Shown here: piece by piece, positions 38,261 through 51,844 of the stretch
Position numbering within the stretch: position 1 is the stretch's first letter
Layout: every line of letters begins with the position of its first letter
Assembly (NCBI RefSeq): GCF_009914755.1
Contig: NC_060926.1
Source: the human T2T-CHM13v2.0 reference genome, Homo sapiens
Length of the DNA: 64,000 nucleotides
Direction: 5' to 3' (one strand)
Notes under the pieces: model-generated
What the model saw: only the letters and a program-made list of their open reading frames with translations
Told to the model about the DNA's origin: nothing
The model's database searches: none
Position numbers and translations under genes: made by a program

Positions 38261-40244
38261 CATTTGTCCCTGGACTTAGGACAGAGTCTGGTGTGCCCTT
38301 TGAGACTGGGCCACCCTTTAAGCTCCAGCACTCCAGTGACTCCAGCAGCATCAACTGTGCTCCACTCACACGAAGATGCTCTAGACTGTAGACACACCAT
38401 TGCGTTCATGGAACCGAGAGAGGAAAAACACTTCCAATTAAACTATGACAAGCCATGTAACTAAGATACATTCTGATTCCTGAAATGTGAGGCTGTGAAC
38501 ACCATGTGTGCCCCAGCATCTCTAAGACACCAGTGTCCCAAGGGAAGACACTGAGGACCATGATGGGGCAGTGCCCAGTGGGGCACGATGGCTGAGCGGG
38601 CTGCTGGGGGCCAGCTGCCAAGCCAGGTGGGCTAGAGCCCGACTCCCGTACCACCTCCCCGCCCAGGAGCTGGCGGAATGCGTCTTCACATTGTTTTTGC
38701 TGTGGCTCCTGACTCTGCCAGCATGAAACACATTTATCTCAAAATTTCTCGCGAACACATACTTGATATTATTGTTCTCAGAATATTTACTGGGAAAGGG
38801 CATAAGGACAAAAAGGCACTTTGTTTAGTAACATTTTACTGAATTTGTATTTAATTCATCACAAAAGCATCTAAGCACCTTGGTGGACCCAAAACCACAC
38901 CTGGAGACATGTCAGTCTCAGACCACAGTTGCTTGAAGGGCCCTTATGACAGCTCAACATATTCCCAGGGGTTCCAAGACCACAGCCTGGGATTCTGCAC
39001 TCCAAAATGAGGTTTACAGCCCTTAGTCAGGTCTGCAAGTTCTTAGCTTCTAGAGCAGCCTCCAAGATGGGAGCTCATTTAGAACGGCCCCATACCCCCT
39101 TGAGCACCCCAACTCTGAGCCTCCCCAGCAGCCAGGTGTTGTCTTGGTGTGCAAAAACCCCTGATTGTTTTTAAGCTGGTGTCGACACGCTTCCCTGTCA
39201 TTGACCCTCATTGTGCCAGTAAAGCTGTGCTACACAATTCAGTTCTGTGTTGTGGGATTTGCTAAGAACCCTGCTGCAAGGTGGGTTGTTGCCCCCGAGG
39301 CACCTTCTTCAGAAGCCTGGATTTCTATTAGTTCGTCTTCACGGGTGGAATGGCTGCATGCATTTCCCACCCGTGCACCCTGCCCATGGTAGATCAGAAG
39401 GAAGATTAGCAGGAAGGAGTTTGCAGCAATAGAAATGTTTTTTCCTAATCTCTAAGCCGGCTATACAGACTGTCCTAGCCTTATCTCAGAGCCAGTAATG
39501 AATTAATCAAAACGCAGAGAGCTGCTTCTGCAGGTGAAATGAGCACTGCTAAGAAGCTGCTGATAACATCCTTCAGGTGATCCTCTTTTTTAAAAAAACA
39601 TATATTTTGTCTCTATTGGATTATTTTCCTTCTCTCAGGGACACTGCAGCGGTGTATGCCCAGATCAGCATGAGCATGCCCAGATGCTCCAGGGTCCAGC
39701 ACAATGACCACACCCAGCCCCTCTGTTACCTGCAGTGAGCACCGGTGAAGGGGAATGAAGAAGGCCCTGCTGCAGGGTGGGCAGTGTGGAGGGAGGGACT
39801 TGAAGGGGCCGCGGGTCTGCTTTCTCGGGGAGGGACCATGGGTGCAGGCGACAGACACACCTGAGCTCCTGTGGAATCATCTTCCTGACTTCTTGGCTCC
39901 GGGCTCCAGGGTCCAGTCCAGTTCCCATCCACACGGAAGGAAAAGGATGAACAAACTGAAAATCAACAACTCTTCTTCACCCGTCGGAGAACTGAGTCAC
40001 CAGGCAAAGCACGGCCCCCAAATCTGGAGACACAGACAAGTGGGTTCTGAGAACCTCAGCTGACAGGAGCAGAACCTCTGCGGGGCCAGTGCCAGGGACT
40101 TGAGCTGCCCCTCATGAATTTCTGGAGATGCCACCTGGACAAGTGAGAGAAAAACTCCAGGGGAACCCAGTCATGGGGGACCTGCGCTTGGTGAATTTTA
40201 CCTCCGAGAGCTCGACCAGGTTCCCACATTAGAGAGGAAAAATC

Positions 40245-40542
40245 GGCCAGGCGCGGTGGCTCACGCCTGTAATCCCAGCTCACTTTGAGAGGCCGAGGCA
40301 GGCCAATTGCCTGAGCTCAGGAGTTTGAGTCTACCCTGGGCAACATGGTGAAACCTCATCTCTACTAAAATACAAAAAATTAGCCGGGCGTGGTGGCGCG
40401 CGCCTATAGTCCCAGCTACTCAGGAGGCTGAGGCAGGAGAATCGCTTGAACCCAAAGGCAGAGGTTGCAGTGAGCCAAGATCGCGCCACTGCACTCCAGC
40501 CTGGGTGACAGAGGGTGAACTTGTCTCAAAAAAAAAAAAAAA
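40245..40542 (+). mobile_element. AluS
   Basis: Full dimer with poly(A); TSD GAGGAAAAATC / GAGGAAATATC. Confidence 0.93.
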
Positions 40543-41068
40543 GGGAGGGAGGAAATATCCCCACTTACTTACAGCCAGGGGAAAAGGATTATTTTGAAAT
40601 ACACCCTGTTCTCATGAGGGCTGCTTTAGGGGGAATTATTTCACCAGAGTCTAACAGACCCAAATTTTTCATCAGTCTAACCTACTTGGGGAAAAGCAAA
40701 CCCCAACTCCAGCCCCCTCTGGCCTTCCAGGCCCACCCAAGGGGGAAGGGGAGATACAAACTCAGCAGCACTCTGTGAGGTCATGGCACAGGGCACAGGC
40801 TCTGGAAACTCTGGTCCTAAATCACAGGGCCGTGCGCACACCTTCCAACCACCGCAGTTCCCTGTCTACAGGCCCCTCTACAATAACGGGTGTTTCCCAG
40901 GAAGAATGCTTGTTTCAGGCCTGACTCTAGGAGAACTGCCTTTCTGATGTTAAGGTGTCAGAGGGCTGGCTTCTAAACCCTGGGTTAAATCATTTAGTGG
41001 CACATTTAGCCATCAACCCGTGAGAGTTCAGAAAGGACGCACGTTCACATGCACAGAAACAGTAAACA

Positions 41069-41379
<311 letters not shown>

Positions 41380-42939
41380 AGAAACAGTAAGCAAGCTTGC
41401 TTCTCTACTCCTCCTCAAGGAGAAGCAGCCATTGTCCCATAATATTCATAAACCTGCTGTTGAAGGTTCTCAGGGAGTCTTGCCTTGCACACCTGTGTAA
41501 GTGCAACGGCCTCTCCTGTGCCCTGGTGACGTCTCCCTGGCATTGTTTCTGCTCCAAGTGCCAACTTGGGGATCAGGCCTCACTGTTACCAGCCTGGTGT
41601 CTGCACCACCCCTTGTGGTTTTCTTAAACCCTCCTCACAATTTTGTACACTGTCCTTTTATTAAACACTCCTTAAATGATCCCAACTTGAATGTTCTTTG
41701 TTTCTTCTCTAGTGGGACTCTGACTGACACCCCTGAGAAGGGACAGGAGGATCAACAATGTAACATAGACCTCTTTCCATTCCCTTTGGCAGATACACAT
41801 GTCACGTGGTTGCTGTTCTCTGTCTTAATTTGGGTGGTGTAACTACTTGCAACTTCACTGATCTCTCCCTCACCTCCTCCTGGGAGAAGGCCAGAGGAAT
41901 GTTGAGGCCACAGCAAACCACAATGAGGACCCAAGCGTCTGCAGGACCACAGGGAATTCTGGGCACAGCTCTGCCAAGAATCCTTCCTACCCCCTATTTT
42001 CTCAACCAAAATGCTGTCTAATATATTTTCATCACTTCCCTGTACCCACTATGAAAAGTGCTCTTGGAAACTGACATTGGGTCAAGCATACAGAAATAGT
42101 TAATATTTAGTTTTACCTCAGAAATTGTGGTCGTTCTGTTATTTATAGCATCTGCAGGAAATGCTTATTTGCTCTTGGAATCCAACATTCTTAATAGGAC
42201 ATCAAGCAATGTTTTCCAGGCACACAGGGTTTATATGGTAGAGCCAGGAGCATTTCATTTGTCCTTCTTACCGGCACCCACCTGGGTCACACAGTACCTG
42301 GCCATTCAGCACAGGAGGAGCAAAGGGTGAATTGAATATTGGCATCCAGCTGGGCCACGCCTGGAGGTTGGCAGACATCCGAGTATGTTACGCTTTCCTC
42401 CTCCTGTGCTGTATTCATTCCACAAATGTTTATGGCATATTGACCACACCCAGACCCTCTGTTACGTCCCCTGTGGGAGGTCAAATACATGAAAATGACT
42501 TGGTGCTGTCTTCAGAGGCTGCAGTTCAGCCCAGCCACGTGAGGCCACCATCAAGACCGCCTTTCACCCAGAGCCCCTTAGGACTAGTGTGGAGATTTGG
42601 GGAGCCTGAGTCTGCCCAGATTCTCTGATTTGAATAGAGCAATAACACTTTATTTGCTTTACATGTTAACTGAAAGCCCAGTCAGTCACTGGAACAAAGA
42701 GTTTGAGCATTTCAAAGTCAGGTAGGAATGCACTGATCTGTAGCAGGGTTCCAAGCCTGTCTACCCAGGATCAGCTGGAAAGATGTTTGATAATGGAGGG
42801 CACAGGTTTTACCACCATTAAAATGAACGACACCTGGTGGAGGTACATTCCAGAGCTTTAGCAAGCTCTGCAGGTGAGCCTGGGTGCACAGCCTGGCAGA
42901 CTTGGGAGCCGTGTGTCTAGACCCAGGGTGAAGGCGGTG

Positions 42940-43100
42940 CTGTGCATTAGGGCAACAAGCTGCTTGTTTATGCCCAGACCCCACCCCAGAAAATCTGTGT
43001 AGGCACGACGGGGCTTGAGCATCCATATTTGAATAAATAGTACAATACTGCAGGTGACTCTAGTGCAAGCAGCTGGGGACCACAGGTGGAGAAGCATGGT
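42940..43100. mobile_element. MER5-like hAT DNA transposon remnant
   Basis: ATGCCCAGACCCCACCCCAGA...CAGGTGACTCTAGTGCA...GGGGACCACAGGTGGAGAAGCATGG. Confidence 0.5.
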
Positions 43101-44023
43101 GCAGAGGACCCTGAAATACAGGAACACAGCGCCAGCACATCTGCCGTGCTGGAGTTCTGCAAATGATGGCTTCAGCTCCACAGATGGTGGTTTCCCTTAT
43201 AACAATTTGAGGCTTAAAAATAGGGCTTCACTTAAAAAGAACAGTGGATATTTCTGAGTGGTGGAATGATGAGTGGTTTCTAAATGTGTCTTCCTTATGT
43301 TTGTCTGAACTTTCTGGGTTTTTTTCTATCTTTATCCATTTATTGATGCAATAAATCTTAAGCATATAGTATATGCCACCTACTATATTGTTTCAGCAAA
43401 ATGATATTCATTAATAATGTAATAATATACTAATTAATATAGGAGTGCAACTAAGAAATCTGTCTGCTTTCTAAGCAATAATTTTAGAGAGGCATTTTTA
43501 TCCTCCATAGTTTGGTTCTTGGCCTCCTCATTCATAGAAATCACATTATATACACTTCCCAGGGGCTTGTCAAAGCCTATTTAATCAATAGCAAGCTGAC
43601 ATATTTTATTTGCTCCCTTCGAGTTGACCCATCTATTTTATAAATGTGCGGGGTGAGGCTTCCTCTTCTTCAGGTTCCTTTCCTGTATCTTTTTATTTTC
43701 TGCAACCTCTTATATTGTTCATAACCACATTTCTCCTATTAGTCATCTTCCCTGCTTTGAATCTCTAGTTAATATAGGAAAAGCTTCATACAAAGTACTG
43801 ACAATGGTAGCAAATCAGTATCTTAATGTTCTACAGCTGTATTAAACAAGCAAGGAGACTGTCAAACTTTAGTAAGTAAAACAGCAACAGAATCTGCACA
43901 TCTCCATTTACCAACCTTCTTCATGCATTCTTTCAGTTACACCGTGTAATGAACAGACTCTTCTGGCCTAGAACAATAACATCCACAGATAAGACTGCTT
44001 ATGAGAAATGTGTTCTGTAATTT

Positions 44024-44315
44024 GTCCATTCATTCATTTATTCACCAAGTATTTGTTTAGTGTCTGCTATGTGCCTGGAACTTGGACGCAGCAGTGACAA
44101 AAGAGACAAAAATTTCTGCCCTGGTGAAGCTTATGTCCTGCGGGTAGAGACAGAGAGAATAAATAGGTAGAAGACACAGTATGTTAAAAGGTGGAGAAAT
44201 AAGCCCATGTGAGGGGTCCCTGAGTGTGCGGAGTGGCAGCTCTAACTGAAATAGTAAGGGTAGAGCTAATAAGAAGTGGCTTTTGAGCAAAGCCTTGACA
44301 AGGTGAGGAACCACT
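44024..44315 (-). mobile_element. L2a 3' end
   Basis: (CATT)n terminus followed by CAAGTATTTGTTTAGTGTCTGCTATGTGCCTGG...CTGCCCTGGTGAAGCTTATG. Confidence 0.8.
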
Positions 44316-46869
44316 CACACTGTAAAAGACACCTGCAGGTCAAGGTGTCCTCAGGTTGAGAAGTGCCTCATCTCATGCCAACTTTTCAACTTAAAAGATA
44401 CAGTTTTTGTATGATACTGCACAGATACTGTCTTACTGGGCAATTTTCCTTCCATCTCAGGATAATAAAAGGTAAAACCGGAGGGCACTTCACACATCAT
44501 AGCCAGAATCACAGTAAATCTGTGTTTCCTTCTTATAAGTGCTCTTTTAAAGTCTGATAGCTCAACAAGTATTGTAGACTGTACAGTTGTCCTTCAGTGG
44601 AAGGAGAAACATCTACACAAAGTATGTCATTTATTTTCTTCTCAGGCTCTTTCTTTAAAATACCTGCCATTTGTCATGGACCTCTAAGGCTGTCTGGCTC
44701 ATAATGTTAGCAGAATCTTTTCTATTAGTGTAATTTGCTCCCAGTAGGGCAAAAAAATCTCGAAATAATAATATTCTTATGTTTCTTTCCTCTACTTCCT
44801 TCTGCATGACTTTGCACTCACTAGTTGACTACAGCATCCACATTGCCTTGAAAAGAAGTAGGATTTTTTTTTTAGCTGAAATGAAAAGTGGAAGAAAGAG
44901 TAAATTTTCCTTTTTTTTCTTCCCAAACAGGAACAGTACAACATGAGGAAGCAGAATCAATGCACAGAAATTAAGCTAATGTCTTCAGTCTTTGCAACAC
45001 CACTTGAGCAGCTTGACCAAGTCACTCATGCCTAGTGGCCCCGTTAGTTGCTCTTCTCCCATCAATGAGCTTTGGAATTTTCGTCAGTAGCTGCCTATGC
45101 ATTACTCATGGATCAGAGAGCAGAAAGAAACCAGACATTGCCAAGTCCCACCTAGGTAGCTACACAGGGAGCCCTGTATTGACCATGGCCCAGAACATGT
45201 GCAAGCGCCTTCCCATATGAGAGGGAGGGGCATTGGATTAAGAACCTGGTGACTCAGAAGGAAATATCCCCACCAGTGCTTTGGTGGGACTAGAAAATGG
45301 AGCCCACTCCTGACACCAGGAAGTGCTCATCTGGAGTTTAATTGAAGACAAAAACCCCAATGTTGGTGCCCAAATGTCTCTGCCTTTTGAAATTGTTGTG
45401 TAAATTCACTGATAATTCTCTTAGATTCACGTGGAGACATTAGTATTTTAACTGTTATTCATCCCTTTAAGGTCATCTTTAGAAGACCCTACATTGTGTT
45501 CTAATTGCTCAGCAGGGCTCCCTCCTAGAAGTTTAGACAACAAACTTATGCACATGTGGACTGCACCATCAGTGCCCTGGTTATGTTGGAGTAAAAGTGT
45601 AGAGAATTTTTAGGAAAACAGGCAGAAGTGTAGGTATTTTTGCTATTCTTTGCTTCACCTATCCACGGAGGTGGATAAAGACACCTGGGAAGGGGAAAAT
45701 GTGGGCTAGCAAATAGAGAAGAGGCTGCTACTAGGCTGGGAAGTGCCTCCCTCATTTACGACTAGCCAGAGACACTGAACTTGGCTGTCCAGGCAAGCTT
45801 GGGTTCTGGGATATACCGAAATAAACCTTGGCCTTTATACAGACTTATTCCTCAAGCCAAGTTGTTTCACCAACTTGGTTCTGAAGATCCAGACCCCAGT
45901 TGGCATGAATCCATCCCCCTTAGACCCCAGCTGGCATGAATCCATCCCCCTTTCCATCTTGCCATCTTCAGCCCTCCCGGTGGAGCGGAGGTTCTCACCT
46001 AAATAGAGAAGCTAAATTTCTACCTTCTGATTTTACCTTTTCCATGTGTGCATCAGGCACTTTCTCCAAAAGATAAGAATCATTTGTGTTGACATCTTCA
46101 CTTATTCAGTTCCACCTTCTCTTCTAACTTAGTAAGGATTTCTGCTAGTTAAATTGGCTTTAATTTCTTTTGCTCCCAGAAGTTATTGGAAGAATGCCCA
46201 TTAACCATTTCATCATATTATTTCTATAACCCAAATTAATTTTCCAGAACATGCAGCATATCACCATAATGAGTTGCTATGACCAGTTGCATTAGAAAAT
46301 ATTGCCTTTCTATTTTTTTCTGTATTTTTAAATTCAATCAAAAAGGAATAAACTTCTGCTGACGAAGCTGCTTGGAAAAACCCATGCTGTTTAACGTGCA
46401 CTTTCACTACCTTCAGTTTACCGGCTTCTTTGCTGAAACCCTGGGACCAACCATCTGTGGCCGGTCGTCATCATTTGTACAACCAGTGGCCCTAACTGGA
46501 AACTTGGAAAATTCCCACTCCTGGACAATCTGGCACATGGAAACATTCTTCTCAAGATGTGCTAGAATTAAGACTCATTAACGAACAGAAAGCACCAACA
46601 GCTCTCATAGTTTACAATAGGCACAGGCCCAGTGGGGTGCTGGAGGTGGCTGGAATCGGCTTGGGGGAGTGGACCAAGTGCACCCCTTCCCGCCTCCTCA
46701 TTCAGTGTTGTCTCATGGGCAGTGTGAAATTAGCCATGGTTGGAGTCTATACATAACAGAAATTAGCAAATGCTACAAGTAAGGGCTTCCTCACACTCCT
46801 GCCCCTCTTCGGAAGAGCTGGGTTTTCAGCTCACCCCGGACATAATGCACTTGGCTACCTGGGCCATGG

Positions 46870-47045
46870 CCAGGGTATGAATGTTTGGTTCCCCCACAAG
46901 ATTCCTGTGCTGAAATCCTAATCCCCGTGTGACGGTGTTAGGAGGCAGGGTCTTTGGGAGGTGATGAGGTCACGGAGGGGAGCTCTTGTAAATGGGATTA
47001 GTGCCCTTAGAAGGAGACCCCAGAGAGCTGCCTCTCCCCTCCAGT
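46870..47045 (+). mobile_element. MLT1A-like LTR 5' part
   Basis: TGAATGTTTGGTTCCCCCAC...TGAAATCCTAATCCCC...AATGGGATTAGTGCCCTTAGAAGGAGACCCCAGAGAGC. Confidence 0.75.
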
Positions 47046-48365
47046 CACGGTGGACAGGAGATCAGGGTGAGTGAAGTCAGAGGCTGTCTGAGGGCCAGCC
47101 CTGCCAGTGCTAAGAGGTCCTGCTGCCTGGACACCCAGCCACTAGTGGCCTCATATTTGGTGGACATAGGGAGAAGGCTGTAGGAATTCCAGGCTCAAAT
47201 GACAACAGAGACAGACACCACCTGTTGTATGAACAAATTGCAGCCAGGAGTTTGGTCCGGGTCTGAGTTCTGCCATCCCTGCTTGGGCTGTGTGTGTCTC
47301 ATTGCTTGGATCTCGTGTAAGGCAACAGAGAAACAAAAAAGCCATGTCACCATAGAAATAATCATTAACACAATGAGCAAACACTGATACCACATCTGAC
47401 TGACTTTGCGGCCTTGGCCCACTCCCGGGGTTTCAGCAAAAGTCGTGCCCTTTGGATTGCACATTTCCAGCTAGATGTGCAGCCCGTGTGTTGCACCTCT
47501 CTTTCCATTCCTTCTCCACAGTTAGAGGTGGACACTCAAGGCTCCAAAAAGTATAAGACTTTCATCTCAGCCTTCAGAGGGCTTTCAGTCTCCATGGGGA
47601 ACTGAGTTTTTTTTTTGTTTGTTTGTTTCATTTTGTTTTGTTTTAAGTAGAGAGCAGGGCTGGGCTAAGATTTAAATAACTGAAACAAGTCATAAGGTGC
47701 TGATTTCCTGGAAGACAACCTAGGCAATACCATCCTGGACACTGGAAAGGGCAAATATTTCATGACGAACACACCAAAAGCAATAGCAACAAAAGCAAAA
47801 ATTGACATATGGGATCCGACTAAAGTTAAGAGCTTCTGCACAGCAAAAGAAACTATCAGCAGAGAAAACAGATCATCTATGGAATGGGAGAAAATATTTG
47901 CAAACTATGTATCTGACAAAGGTCTAATATCCAGCATCCATAGGGAACTAAATTTACAAGAAAAAAAACAAACAACCCCATTAAAAAGTGAGCAAAGGAC
48001 ATGAACATACGCTTTTCAAAAGAAGACATACATGTGGCTAACAAGCACATTTTAAAAAGTTCAATATCACTGATCATTAGAGAAATGCAAATTGAAACCA
48101 TCATGAGATACCATCTCACACCAGTCGGAGTAGCTATTACTAAAAAGTCAAATAATAACAGATGCTGGCAAGGTTGCAGAGAAAAGGGAACACTTATACG
48201 CTGATGATAGGAGCGTAAATTAGTTCAACCATTGTGGAAAGCAGTATCGTGATTCCTCAAAGAGCTAAAAGAATTACCATTCCACTCAGCAATCCCATTA
48301 CTGGGTACATACACAGAGGAATAGAAATTGTTCTACAGTAAAGATGCATGCACGTGTTTTTTCAT

Positions 48366-48460
48366 TGCAATCCGCAGCTCACTTCACCCTCCACCTCATG
48401 GGCTCAAGCAACCCTCCCACCTCAGCCTCCTGAGTAGCTGGGACTATAAGCCCACACTAC
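48366..48460 (-). mobile_element. Internal Alu (J-like) fragment inside the L1
   Basis: CAGCTCACT...GGGCTCAAGCAACCCTCCCACCTCAGCCTCCTGAGTAGCTGGGACTA; no tail and no TSD. Confidence 0.8.
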
Positions 48461-48758
48461 TCTGTTCATAATAGCAAAGGCAAGGAATCAATCTATTGCC
48501 CAAAAATGATAGACTGGATAAAAAAAAAATAAGTGGTACGTATACACCATGGAATACTATGCAGCCATAAAAAAGAATGAGATCCTGTTTTCTGCAGGAA
48601 CATAGATGGGACTGGAGGCCATTATCCTCATATCCTAAATTATGAGAACACATGGACACACAGAGGGGAACAACACATACTGGGGCCTACTTGAGGCTGG
48701 AGGGTGGGAGGAGGGAGAGGATCAGAAAGACTATCTATTGCGTACTAGGCTAATACCT

Positions 48759-49462
48759 GGGTGATGAAATAATCTGTACAACAAACCCCCCAGACATGAG
48801 TTTACCTACATAGCAAACCTGTACATGTAGGGTGATGAAATAATCTGTACAACAAACCCCCCAGACATGAGTTTACCTGTATAGCAAACCTGTACATGTA
48901 GGGTGATGAAATAATCTGTACAACAAACCCCCCAGACATGAGTTTACCTGTATAGCAAACCTGTACATGTAGGGTGATGAAATAATCTGTACAACAAACC
49001 CCCAGACATGAGTTTACCTACATAGCAAACCTGTACATGTAGGGTGATGAAATAATCTGTACAACAAACCCCCAGACATGAGTTTACCTGTATAGCAAAC
49101 CTGTACATGTAGGGTGATGAAATAATCTGTACAACAAACCCCCAGACATGAGTTTACCTACATAGCAAACCTGTACATGTAGGGTGATGAAATAATCTGT
49201 ACAACAAACCCCCAGACATGAGTTTACCTGCATAGCAAACCTGTACATGTAGGGTGATGAAATAATCTGTCCAACAAACCCCCAGACATGAGTTTACCTG
49301 TATAGCAAACCTGTACATGTAGGGTGATGAAATAATCTGTACAACAAACCCCCCAGACATGAGTTTACCTACATAGCAAACCTGTACATGTAGGGTGATG
49401 AAATAATCTGTACAACAAACCCCCAGACATGAGTTTACCTGTATAGCAAACCTGTACATGTA
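48759..49462. repeat. 70-71 bp VNTR, 10 copies, derived from L1 3'UTR
   Basis: Unit GGGTGATGAAATAATCTGTACAACAAAC(5-6)AGACATGAGTTTACCT(ACA/GTA)TAGCAAACCTGTACATGTA. Confidence 0.97.
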
Positions 49463-50373
49463 GCCCTGAGCCTAAAATAATAGATTATTTTAAAAAGATA
49501 CTGGGTTTATGAAGTCCCCAGGAGGTCAGGAGGAAGAGAGAACGCTTGAGACAAGCATGGTCAGTGAGGAGCTTGCAGGGATGGCAGAGGGGCAGGGAGC
49601 AGCAGAGTTTGAGTAGAGGAACCAGAAGCCCAGCCCTGGACCCATCTCTGCCTTCCTGTGTGTGCGCCTAACTCAGCTTTCAGGTGAGAGCTGGGGCTCA
49701 GGAGGTTATGTACTCACTTGCAGTTGCACGTCTAGGAATCCAGATGATGGTCCCATGTCTGCTGTGCCCCCGCCCTACTCTATTGCTAGGACAGCCAACC
49801 TCTACTCAGGGGCTGCAGCCGGTCAGCTGGCATCTACCAGGCTCAGCTGAGAGGGGTTCAGAGCCTAGAGGAGCTGTGGCATGCCAGGTCTAGGCTGCCT
49901 GTTGGCTGCTGTCAGGATGAATGCTGTTGTAGATAGATTCTTTTTGGCAACCAGAGACTTTCAGATGTCAATGGCCATGCAGTCTCCATGTTGCCCTTCC
50001 CATCCTGACACCACACACTCCTTATGCTGCAGCCACCATGGATGCCTGAGTGAACAGCCCTCAAATTCTATTCTAACTCCTTATTTAAAAGATAAGGAGA
50101 CCCAAGACTGAGGAATTTGACATAAATAAGGAAACCGGCTTGCCTGAGCTGACTACTGCCTTTGGTCTCACGATAGCTGCCTGGTGGCCTCTGACTTTCA
50201 CAGCTAGTACAACCTTCCAGCACCTTCCAGGATTGGTTTCTGAAAGAGGGGATTGTTTTTGCTCCCAGTCCCCCTAAACATTCTGTAGGTAATTACAGCA
50301 CTCATGGCCCCATTTTCTCACTGTGTATTTGCCACCTTGGGTCTGTTCAGATGGCAAGCTCCCGAAAACCAGG

Positions 50374-51075
50374 CACCTCCTCCTTGTACCCATGGCACCG
50401 TCGTGGTGCCTGGCTGCTGTCAGCACAGAGCATTAGCTCTGAGACACCTCCTCCTTGTACCCATGACACCGTCGTGGTGCCTGGCTGCTGTCAGCACAGA
50501 GCATTAGCTCTGAGACACCTCCTCCTTGTACCCATGACACCGTCGTGGTGCCTGGCTGCTGTCAGCACAGAGCATTAGCTCTGAGACACCTCCTCCTTGT
50601 ACCCATGGCACCGTCGTGGTGCCTGGCTGCTGTCAGCACAGAGCATTAGCTCTGAGACACCTCCTCCTTGTACCCATGACACCGTCGTGGTGCCTGGCTG
50701 CTGTCAGCACAGAGCATTAGCTCTGAGACACCTCCTCCTTGTACCCATGACACCGTCGTGGTGCCTGGCTGCTGTCAGCACAGAGCATTAGCTCTGAGAC
50801 ACCTCCTCCTTGTACCCATGGCACCGTCGTGGTGCCTGGCTGCTGTCAGCACAGAGCATTAGCTCTGAGACACCTCCTCCTTGTACCCATGACACCGTCG
50901 TGGTGCCTGGCTGCTGTCAGCACAGAGCATTAGCTCTGAGACACCTCCTCCTTGTACCCATGACACCGTCGTGGTGCCTGGCTGCTGTCAGCACAGAGCA
51001 TTAGCTCTGAGACACCTCCTCCTTGTACCCATGACACCGTTGTGGTGCCTGGCTGCTGCATTAGCTCTGAGACAC
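50374..51075. repeat. 71-bp VNTR, ~10 copies
   Basis: Unit CACCTCCTCCTTGTACCCATG(G/A)CACCGTCGTGGTGCCTGGCTGCTGTCAGCACAGAGCATTAGCTCTGAGA; last copy has an internal deletion. Confidence 0.97.
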
Positions 51076-51844
51076 TGCTGTGTTTCCCTCCTAGTTCTGC
51101 ATCAGGTGGTACTGTTTTGTTTTGGTGGCTTGGTTCATTTTTTCTTATTGCAGTATTATCACTGCATAGAAAGCAGAAGTGGTCTTCCCATATTGTGTAA
51201 AATCCCCATTAAACATACACCACATGCTTCAGAGCGGCAGGAACAGGAAGAAGGATGGGATTCCCCGTGCCCGAAGGTATACCAAGTCTACATTGTCCTG
51301 AGAGTTAGGGACTACAAACACTTGTCCGTGCAGCATTTGGGAAGGTCAGAGGAGACGACTGTGTGGTGTGCATTGGAGAAGCGTGGGGCCCCTGTGCTCA
51401 CCACCACCCTAAGCCCCTGTGAGGCAGGGGGCACCTGGTGCACTGTGACCAGCACTCTCCCAGCTTCCTGCCAGGAAGAGCCAGCTCCTTAGGTTCTGTA
51501 GGGTTTGACTTAAAGAAAATTTTAAAACGTGATTTTTCAATAAGTTGGTTGCCAAAAAGTCTCTGTGGTTAAGGAGGCACCTCCCTCCTGGTCACTACTT
51601 CCCCCTGCCGAGCCTTCTGCCTGGGCAACTGCACCACAATCTCCAGCTGCACCATGTGTTTTGAAAAGCGTTTCTCCCCGCCCCTCTGGGGTTTTTCTCC
51701 TCCTCCAGTGGCGAAATTCCAGAGGGCACTGAGTGGGTTACTCTTCACAAGCACAGAGCTAAGCCCAGTCCTGGTAGAAAGCACACACAAAGAAGACCCA
51801 AGACCATGAATATGCTGACCTAAGTTGGACAGAACTGCTTCATG

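Larger units (their letters stand above)
47708..49497 (+). mobile_element. 5'-truncated older L1PA (L1PA13-16-like) 3' end
   Basis: ORF2 C-terminal remnants ([25 protein letters not shown]; FSKEDI..ANKH; [18 protein letters not shown]) and 3'UTR. Confidence 0.92.

Noticed and set aside
47762-48204. ORFs resembling a real protein
   Set aside because: Frameshifted L1 ORF2 C-terminal fragments.
50374-51075. CRISPR-like array with hairpin repeats
   Set aside because: No unique spacers, units are contiguous, the context is primate, and no cas genes are present.
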